Below are positions 44,997-51,489 of a stretch of DNA of 51,489 bases, one piece after another. The stretch's first letter is position 1. Each line of letters opens with the position of its first letter. Below the pieces are notes generated by a model. That model searched no databases. It saw nothing but the letters and a program-made list of their open reading frames with translations, and was not told the origin of the DNA. The stretch lies in the NCBI GenBank assembly GCA_944390435.1, contig CALXQC010000004.1:1-51489 (forward strand), given 5' to 3'. Both the position numbers and the translations under genes were made by a program. Source of the stretch: an uncultured Clostridia bacterium (GTDB taxonomy: Bacteria; Bacillota; Dehalobacteriia; UBA4068).

Positions 44997-46577
44997 ATGA
45001 AGCTATCAGCCGCCACAACTGGCCTCTTATGGGGCACTATTCTTCTGCTCGGCTCCAATATCATTGTCAAAGGATTGGGCTTTTTTTACCGTGTCGTTTT
45101 GGTCCGTCTAATCGGGGTGGAAGGCGTCGGCCTGATCGAGATGGCGGCGCCGATCTACTCGTTTCTGCTGGTTTTAGCCGGCTGCGGCATTCAAACCGCA
45201 CTTTCGCAGATTATCGCCGCCCGCCACGGCGCAGAAAGCCGCGGATATCTCAAGACCGCCCTACTGCTGTTGGTTATCTGCGGCGCGGCTGTCACCGGAC
45301 TCGCCTATATCTTTACTCCATGGCTGATCACGCACTTCGCCGCTGACCAACGCATTGCGCTTTGCCTGCAGACGCTCTTGCCGGCGATCATCGTCATCTG
45401 CCTCGCCTCTGCTTTCCGCGGCCTGCTCCAAGGAAATAAGCAAGTCGGCGCCTTAGGCATGAGCCAAAACATTGAACAGGCGGTGCGGGTCATCATCGGT
45501 ATCGGGATCATCAGCCGCTTAGCAACGGCCGATCTGGCCGTCCAAGCCAGTGCCGCCTCGCTTGCCACTGTCTGCGGCGAAACCGCGGGGCTAATTTATT
45601 TATTATGCGTCTATCAGCGCCGCCGTAAGAAATTATTTCCCTTTCATGAAGCTAAGCCCCGCTGCAATGCCCGCGCTGCCCATGAACTGCTGCGGCTGGG
45701 GCTGCCGCTGACCGGCAGCAGGCTGATCGCCAGCGCGATCATGATGCTGCAGGCCATCCTGATTCCGCTATGCCTGCAATACGGCGGCTGGGATATCCGC
45801 GCCGCCACAGAGATTTACGGCCGCTTTTCCGGGGTAGCGCTGGCTTTGCTCCATCTTCCCGGAGTATTTACTGCTGCGCTCAGCGTCTCCGTTCTGCCGG
45901 CAGTAGCTGAGAGCATGACCTATGATATCAGCGGCCGGCGGCTGCTGAGTCAAAGAGTCAACCAGTCTTTGCAGGCTTCTTCGGCTTTCACCCTATTGGG
46001 TATGTTGCTGCTGATCATCTTTGCTGAGCCGCTCTGTACGCTGATTTTTGATAATCAGCCGGCAGCTCCGCTGGTACGTATACTGGCGGTCGGCGGCGTT
46101 TTCATGTATCTGCAAACCACTTTGACTAGCGTTTTACAGGGACTGGGCGCGGTCAGGACGCTGCTGATCAATAATATTATCAGCGGCGTGATGTTGATTG
46201 CCGGTATCCTGCTGCTGACCCCGCTGCCCGAGCTGGGGATCAATGGAGCGGCCATTGCGCTCAATATTTGCTGGGCCAGCGGCTTTGTGCTGAATCTTTT
46301 CAGCTTTTATCACCGGGCTCAGGTCAAATTAGACTGGCGCAATATCGCGCTGCGCCCCTTAGTTGCGGCCGTCATTACCAGTCTCGCGTATTATAGTCAA
46401 AAATTCGTTTCCCCGCAGCTGCTGGAGACGCACAGCCTACCGCTGCTTGCCCTCGAAGGGTTAGGCGTTTGCCTAATATATCTGCTGATCCTCTATCTGC
46501 AAGGAGGTATGGTCGCGCTATGCGGCCGCAACAAAGCTAGCGGTTCTGCAAACGGCGCAGCAAAGCATAATCAGTAA
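44997..46577 (+). CDS. spoVB: SpoVB-type MOP-superfamily flippase (stage V sporulation protein B / MurJ-like)
   Basis: 526 aa with about 14 TM helices. The N-terminus GTILLLGSNIIVKGLGFFYRVVLVRLIGVEGVGLIEMAAPIY parallels B. subtilis SpoVB. Confidence 0.8.
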   Translation: MKLSAATTGLLWGTILLLGSNIIVKGLGFFYRVVLVRLIGVEGVGLIEMAAPIYSFLLVLAGCGIQTALSQIIAARHGAESRGYLKTALLLLVICGAAVTGLAYIFTPWLITHFAADQRIALCLQTLLPAIIVICLASAFRGLLQGNKQVGALGMSQNIEQAVRVIIGIGIISRLATADLAVQASAASLATVCGETAGLIYLLCVYQRRRKKLFPFHEAKPRCNARAAHELLRLGLPLTGSRLIASAIMMLQAILIPLCLQYGGWDIRAATEIYGRFSGVALALLHLPGVFTAALSVSVLPAVAESMTYDISGRRLLSQRVNQSLQASSAFTLLGMLLLIIFAEPLCTLIFDNQPAAPLVRILAVGGVFMYLQTTLTSVLQGLGAVRTLLINNIISGVMLIAGILLLTPLPELGINGAAIALNICWASGFVLNLFSFYHRAQVKLDWRNIALRPLVAAVITSLAYYSQKFVSPQLLETHSLPLLALEGLGVCLIYLLILYLQGGMVALCGRNKASGSANGAAKHNQ

Positions 46578-47298
46578 AATCGGCATGAATCGGCGTAATA
46601 GTGACAAAGCCGTTATTGCATGCCTCCACATCACTGCCTTGTCCGCAATTACTATCGTCGATTTGTCCCTGAAGCCAGTAATAATCACGGCCATTGGGAT
46701 CGACCCGTTTGCTGAATGGCTCATTATACCAGCGCCAGCCCATGTAAGTATAGGCGATGCCCTTGACATCATCAGGGCAGCTGCCCGGGACATTAACATT
46801 AAAAAATATCCGCTGCTGCGGCTTTTCAGCGACCAGGCGCTGGCACAGTTGCGCCGCCAGCTGAGCGGTATAAAGGTAATTGCCGGTACCCTTGCCCTTC
46901 CTGACCCCGGCTACCGAGAGAGCGATCGCGGAAAAGCCGTTGAGATAGCCCTCCATTGCCGCGGCCACGGTTCCGGAATAAATAATATCCGTACCCAGAT
47001 TCGGTCCGTGGTTGATCCCGGCAAGCACCAGATCCGGAGGCGCAGGCAGCAAGGCGTCCACCGCCAGCTTAACGCAGTCTGCCGGCGTGCCGTCGACTGC
47101 CCAGGCATAAGGGGTCAGATCATCCATTTGATGATCATAGACCCGCAGCGGCGTAGTGGTAGTCAGCCCGTGGCTAGTGCCGCTTTTTCCCTTCAGCGGC
47201 GCCGCGACATAAATCTCTGCAACCCGGCTCAGTTCCTGTGCCAAAATACGCAAGCCCTCGGCCCGGATACCATCGTCATTGCTGATCAGCACTCTCAC
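46537..47298 (-). CDS. surE: 5'/3'-nucleotidase SurE
   Basis: 253 aa. Carries MRVLISNDDGIRAEGL, GINHGPNLGTDIIYSGTVAAAMEG. Confidence 0.96.
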   Translation of the reverse strand: MRVLISNDDGIRAEGLRILAQELSRVAEIYVAAPLKGKSGTSHGLTTTTPLRVYDHQMDDLTPYAWAVDGTPADCVKLAVDALLPAPPDLVLAGINHGPNLGTDIIYSGTVAAAMEGYLNGFSAIALSVAGVRKGKGTGNYLYTAQLAAQLCQRLVAEKPQQRIFFNVNVPGSCPDDVKGIAYTYMGWRWYNEPFSKRVDPNGRDYYWLQGQIDDSNCGQGSDVEACNNGFVTITPIHADFTDYALLRRLQNR

Positions 47299-47862
47299 CT
47301 AGATTCCCCCCATGCGCGAAAGCGGCCAATAACGGAATACCGCCTCGCCTTTAATATCGTCGATCGAGATGAAAGGATCTTCCCATTCATGGCTGTCAAC
47401 ACTGCGGTTGCGATTATCTCCGAGCATAAAATAGCAATCCTCGGGCACTGTAACCGGCCCGTATTCGTATTCAGGGACAGCATGCTGATATGCTGTCTCA
47501 TCCAGCGGCTCGCCGTCAATATAGACAGTGCCGTTTTTGATCTCCACTGTTTCGCCGGGCAGGCCGATAACCCGTTTGATCAAATCGGAATCCTCTTCCA
47601 AATCATCAGGCGCGGTAAAGACCACGATATCGCCACGCTCCGGCTCGCCGCCAAAGGCATAGGCCAGCCGCCACAGCAGCACCCGATCGCCGACTTCAAT
47701 AGTAGGATACATCGAGCTGGAGGGTACTATCCGGCTGTCGATCAGGAATGATTTCACCCCCACGGCGATCAATGCCGCACAGACAATGATGATCAGCAGA
47801 TCCTTGATCGCCGAGCCGGTAGTGCGCCGTTTTTTCTCTTCTTGGGGCTTAGTTGTAGCCAT
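47299..47862 (-). CDS. lepB: Signal peptidase I
   Basis: 187 aa. Has a TM anchor plus SSSMYPTIEVGDRVL (catalytic Ser box), RVIGLPGE and GDNRNRSVDS. Confidence 0.93.
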   Translation of the reverse strand: MATTKPQEEKKRRTTGSAIKDLLIIIVCAALIAVGVKSFLIDSRIVPSSSMYPTIEVGDRVLLWRLAYAFGGEPERGDIVVFTAPDDLEEDSDLIKRVIGLPGETVEIKNGTVYIDGEPLDETAYQHAVPEYEYGPVTVPEDCYFMLGDNRNRSVDSHEWEDPFISIDDIKGEAVFRYWPLSRMGGI

Positions 47863-47871
47863 ATCGTCACC

Positions 47872-48435
47872 TTACCTTGCTGATTTAATGAGACTCAGCG
47901 CCTCGGAACGGGTTACGTTTTTATGAAAAATACCTCTGACTGCTGAGGTCACCGTCAGCGAGCCGGGTTTTTTAACGCCGCGAATACTCATGCATAAATG
48001 CTCGGCCTCTATCACCACCAGCACCCCCATCGGCTTGAGCACTTCCATAAACGCATCCGCGATCTCGGTGGTCAGCCGCTCCTGCAGCTGCAGGCGATGC
48101 GAATATCCCTCGACAACCCGGGCGATTTTCGATAAGCCGGTAATACGCCCGCCATCGGGTATATAGGCAACATGGGCTTTACCGATAAAGGGCATCAAAT
48201 GATGCTCGCAAATCGAAGAAAACGGGATATCGCGTACGACCACCATTTCCTCATGCTTGTCCTCAGTAAACTGAGTAATCAAATATTCCTTAGGATCCTT
48301 ATCGATGCCGTCGAGGATTTCCGCATACATATCCGCTACCCGCTCTGGAGTCCGCTGCAGCCCTTCGCGCTGCGGATTTTCGCCGATCGCATCTAAAATA
48401 TCTTTCACTGCGGCAATGATTTTATCTCTATCCAT
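47872..48435 (-). CDS. folE: GTP cyclohydrolase I
   Basis: 187 aa counted from ATG 48435 (SD GGAGGTG). Carries [26 protein letters not shown] and HLCMSIRGV. The 30 extra codons in the track ORF cover the promoter. Confidence 0.95.
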   Translation of the reverse strand: MDRDKIIAAVKDILDAIGENPQREGLQRTPERVADMYAEILDGIDKDPKEYLITQFTEDKHEEMVVVRDIPFSSICEHHLMPFIGKAHVAYIPDGGRITGLSKIARVVEGYSHRLQLQERLTTEIADAFMEVLKPMGVLVVIEAEHLCMSIRGVKKPGSLTVTSAVRGIFHKNVTRSEALSLIKSAR

Positions 48436-48492
48436 AAAATAAACACCTCCAACGCTAAATCGCTTGGCTGTTGCTTTTCGCGCTATTTTAAT

Positions 48493-48521
48493 ATTGTATG
48501 CCAAATAACCGGCAGCGTCAA
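48493..48521 (-). promoter_or_regulatory. Sigma-A promoter for folE-lepB-surE
   Basis: Minus strand reads TTGACG-17 nt-TACAAT, about 57 nt upstream of the folE ATG. Confidence 0.65.
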
Positions 48522-48599
48522 GCATATTGCCCGGAGAACGGCATATCTTGAAATATAGCTAGCACACCATAGCGGTGCTCTGGAGCGAAGGAGGAAATT

Positions 48600-48968
48600 A
48601 TGATTAAGAACATCTTCAAGGATCTCTCCCCGCGAATGATCAAAGGGATCTCCCTGGGGCTGGCTGCGGCAGCCGCGGCCATCTTGGTATTGTCATTCAT
48701 CATCTCGCTTATCGTCTATCATAGCAATCTAACGGAAAGCAGCCTGCCGGCCTTCGCTCTGGCCATTATTGTTATTGCGGCATTCGGCGGCGGTTTTTTG
48801 GCTGCGCGGCTCAATGGCAGCCGCGGTCTAATCAACGGATTGATCTGCGGCCTAGCGCTATTTTGCCTTTTACTGATATTGCGCAGCGGCAGCAGCATAC
48901 CTGTTCCGCTACAGCTGCTGTGCTGCTGTCTGCCGGGAATGGCAGGCGGTTTTTTAGCAATAAAATGA
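48600..48968 (+). CDS. Small integral membrane protein (TIGR04086/YrzE-like)
   Basis: 122 aa with four TM helices. The GGGFLAARLNGSRGLINGLICGL pattern is typical of that Firmicute family as I remember it. The SD is GAAGGAGG. Confidence 0.6.
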   Translation: MIKNIFKDLSPRMIKGISLGLAAAAAAILVLSFIISLIVYHSNLTESSLPAFALAIIVIAAFGGGFLAARLNGSRGLINGLICGLALFCLLLILRSGSSIPVPLQLLCCCLPGMAGGFLAIK

Positions 48969-49103
48969 GGCGGTGTTATCTACCGCCTCGAGAATGAAAC
49001 AATGCCTGTAAAAACCTGGGCAAACGGAAATAATATATTTTCATAGCCGACCCTCCAGGGAAACGCTTTTATCACAGTTTATGCCCCGGGAGCGGATTTG
49101 TGA

Positions 49104-51489
49104 CTATCCCAGCCATTTTTTTATCTCTGCGGCGATCTCCTCAGTAGTGCCACTGATCCGCTGCATCTCCGGCAACGAACGAATAAAACTAGCTCCATAG
49201 CGCTTTTCTATAATCCGCTTATCCAAAACACAGAAAACACCGCTATCCTTATCTGAGCGGCTCAAGCGGCCAAACCCCTGTTTGAAACGAATCAAGGCCA
49301 TCGGCAGGCTGTAATCCCAGAAGGGCGACTTGCCTTCCGCTTCGATCCGCTCCATCCTGGTAGCGGCCAAAGGCGTGTTCGGCGGCCAAAACGGCAGCCG
49401 CACTACTACAATTAAGGATAAAGCCTCGCCGATAACGTCTACGCCTTCCCAAAAGCTGGCGGCGCCGAGAATACAGCAGTTCTCTTCACTCTTGAGCCGT
49501 TCCAGCAGCATCGAGGGCGCGCCGCTGACGCCGTGCGCCAGCACATTGATACCGGCATTATTCAATGGAGCGGCGATCTGCTTATAAACACTTTTAAGCT
49601 GGGCATGAGATGTAAACAAAACGATGGCTCGTCCTTTGGAAGCAGTTAACAGGCGAATCAGCGCTGCTGAGATCGCCTCAACCGCCTCAATCTCACTGCA
49701 GCGGCTCCAATCCGGCAAATCATTAACAATGGTAAACAGAGACTGATCCCGGTAGAAAAAAGGCGACGGTAGCACCAATTCCCGCGGCTTCAGCGGCAGC
49801 AGGTCAACGCCGGTGCGCTGTTTAAAATAAGAAAAATCTTTGCCGATACCCAGAGTGGCAGAAGTCATCACCAGGGCCTCGGTTTTTTCGTACAGCAAAT
49901 CATGCAGCAGTTCGTTGATTTCTACCGGCGCAATATTTATCGCCGGACGGCGCTCGAGATCGCTGTATTCAATCCAAGAAACAAAATTAGCGCTCTCATC
50001 ATTGATACAGGCAGTTAATGTACCGGCTAATTCCCGGCTGATATTACCGAGGCTGAACAACTCTTCGCATCCCTTGGGCAGGCGTCCGGTCTCTTCGCCA
50101 TCGTCCGGCGCGTTGGCCCGGACTAAATCCAGAATAGTGAAGCTGTCAGCAGCCAGCACATTAAGCGCTGCGGCAGCCTCCTCGCTCAGCTGCGCCACCA
50201 ACTGCCAGTCCGGGGACTGCAGATGCTGCGGCATGATTCTGATCTTCACCGGCAGGAAAGCTTGACGGGAACGCTCCTGTTGGAAGAACTGATCCGCAAC
50301 ATCATAAAACTTTTCCGCAGCAGCCAGGACTGCAGCCACATCATCGGCTAATTTGGCGGCAAGAACCGCGATCCGCTCTGCAGATATGCTGTCAAACAAC
50401 CCCGGTTCTGTTTTCTCCAATGCCTGAATCACTCCGGCCCGCTTGCCGCGTTCCTTGCGTTCATAGCGCCCCAGCAGATTCAAAATATCGAAAAAATCTA
50501 CCGCTGAGGTCAGTTGATCCTCAGTGGCGTGCTCTAAATGCTGCGCCTCGTCAATGATCAAATACGGCAATTCCGGTAGCAAAGCTCCCTCGTTTGCGGC
50601 ATTGGCGATCAGCAGCGAATGATTAATGATTAAGATCTCCGCTTCAGCAGCCTTCATCCGCGCCTTCTGTACACAGCAGCTGTTTTTCTGCCGGTAAGGA
50701 CAAAAGGGCGCGCAGTTCTCGCGCGAGGCGCACAGCCGTTGCCAATAGCGGCGGGAAAAAGAATTCAGCGAAAGATCTCCCAGCTCCCCATCCTTGGTTT
50801 GTACCCGCCAGACAGCGATCCGCATCAAAAAATAGCGCATCTCTTCGCTGGGTTCATTCGCAAAATAGCGATAAAGCCGCCGGCATAAATAATTGCTGCG
50901 TCCCTTAAGCACCGCCGCCTTAACCGGCGTATCCAACAGCGCCGAAAGCATCGGGATATCCTTCTGCCACAGCTGTTCCTGCAAATTGCGGGTATGCGTA
51001 GAAACGGCAATCTGTTTGCCGCTGCCGCGGGCGTACAAAGCAGCCGGCAGCAAATAAGCGAGTGATTTGCCGGTGCCGGTACCCGCTTCCGCCAGCAGGC
51101 AGCCGCCATTATTGAGCGTCCTGGCCACCTCCTGCGCTAGTTGGAGCTGCTGCGGCCGCTCCTCAAAACCGGGAATACGTTCTTTGAACTCTGCCCTCTC
51201 GCCGAAATAATCCGCCAGAGCATCCACGTCGAGACAATATTCCTCGTTGATTTCCCGCCGCTGATGCGAGCCGCGTACTGTTTGGCCCACAGGAGCAGCT
51301 GCGCCGCCGCGTCCAGAGCAGCATCTGCGGATAAACGCACCGGTGGCGGACTCGTCTGCGGAAGCCAGCGCGGCTAATTGCTCCTGAAGAAAATCCGGAA
51401 ATCCGCTCAGCTCTTTTTCGATGCGGATCAGCAGCTCCGCAGTGGCCAGGGCATCAGCCAAAGCCCGGTGCGCGCTATGATTTTCCAGC
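49104..51489 (-). CDS. dinG: DinG-family ATP-dependent helicase with N-terminal DnaQ-like exonuclease domain (5' end outside window)
   Basis: The frame stays open to the window edge. The edge residues ...HRALADALATAELL are an ExoIII motif. The rest shows AEAGTGTGKSLAYLLP (Walker A), DEAQHLE (DEAH-type box), Cys-rich FeS-like spacing (C..C..C.....CC) and a C-terminal RLPF ... FKQGFGRLSRS. Confidence 0.9.
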   Translation of the reverse strand, partial: LENHSAHRALADALATAELLIRIEKELSGFPDFLQEQLAALASADESATGAFIRRCCSGRGGAAAPVGQTVRGSHQRREINEEYCLDVDALADYFGERAEFKERIPGFEERPQQLQLAQEVARTLNNGGCLLAEAGTGTGKSLAYLLPAALYARGSGKQIAVSTHTRNLQEQLWQKDIPMLSALLDTPVKAAVLKGRSNYLCRRLYRYFANEPSEEMRYFLMRIAVWRVQTKDGELGDLSLNSFSRRYWQRLCASRENCAPFCPYRQKNSCCVQKARMKAAEAEILIINHSLLIANAANEGALLPELPYLIIDEAQHLEHATEDQLTSAVDFFDILNLLGRYERKERGKRAGVIQALEKTEPGLFDSISAERIAVLAAKLADDVAAVLAAAEKFYDVADQFFQQERSRQAFLPVKIRIMPQHLQSPDWQLVAQLSEEAAAALNVLAADSFTILDLVRANAPDDGEETGRLPKGCEELFSLGNISRELAGTLTACINDESANFVSWIEYSDLERRPAINIAPVEINELLHDLLYEKTEALVMTSATLGIGKDFSYFKQRTGVDLLPLKPRELVLPSPFFYRDQSLFTIVNDLPDWSRCSEIEAVEAISAALIRLLTASKGRAIVLFTSHAQLKSVYKQIAAPLNNAGINVLAHGVSGAPSMLLERLKSEENCCILGAASFWEGVDVIGEALSLIVVVRLPFWPPNTPLAATRMERIEAEGKSPFWDYSLPMALIRFKQGFGRLSRSDKDSGVFCVLDKRIIEKRYGASFIRSLPEMQRISGTTEEIAAEIKKWLG

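Noticed and set aside
46585-47751. 388-aa plus-strand ORF antisense to surE and lepB, the longest unassigned ORF in the window.
   Set aside because: It lies entirely opposite two confidently identified genes that happen to be contiguous and in the same frame, so one antisense frame stays open across both. Its translation is low-complexity (R/I/A/Q-rich), with no start context or recognisable motif. This is a typical shadow ORF caused by codon bias.
48436-48525. 30-codon N-terminal extension of folE, and a possible THF/preQ1-type riboswitch in the folE 5' UTR.
   Set aside because: The extension covers a TTGACG-17-TACAAT promoter, and the ATG at 48435 has a strong SD. The remaining ~57-nt UTR shows no stable conserved-looking fold or motif that I recognise.

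Overview
This is a 51.5-kb chromosomal core segment from an endospore-forming Bacillota (Firmicutes) genome. Gene content and order look most like Negativicutes or Clostridia: an IspH-S1 fusion, sigK, spoVB, a SpoVD-like PBP, remA, yicC and rqcH, at mid-range GC by eye. I support about 50 protein genes, most on the minus strand and nearly all housekeeping. They include argH, cmk, plsC, pyrE, leuA-like, recN, argR, nadK, aroK, rbgA, rnhB, dxs, tlyA, metK, coaBC, rpoZ, gmk, pdp, punA, deoB, xerD, an EF-G2 paralog, surE, lepB, folE and dinG. There is also one four-tRNA operon (Val-Asp-Phe-Gly) with a perfect consensus promoter, plus many clear rho-independent terminators. I see no CRISPR array, transposase, phage integrase, prophage, toxin-antitoxin pair or recognisable defence gene, and no convincing novel multi-gene system. 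The best unexplained signals are: (1) an unclassified promoter-leader-terminator/antiterminator element before a P-type ATPase with an atypical TM4 motif; (2) a perfect 14-bp inverted repeat joining a mother-cell-type -10 box to the sigK start codon, with a nearly absent pro-sequence; (3) a leuA-like gene, an orphan acyl carrier protein, a terminator and a Cys-rich unknown protein in one cluster; (4) a HutP-family gene translationally coupled to cmk-plsC; (5) an actinobacterial-type mihF-gmk-rpoZ-coaBC-metK block merged with Firmicute yicC and remA; (6) a tRNA-Phe with C at the near-invariant position 55. All protein calls rest on my reading of the translated ORFs and remembered family motifs. 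No database search was run.
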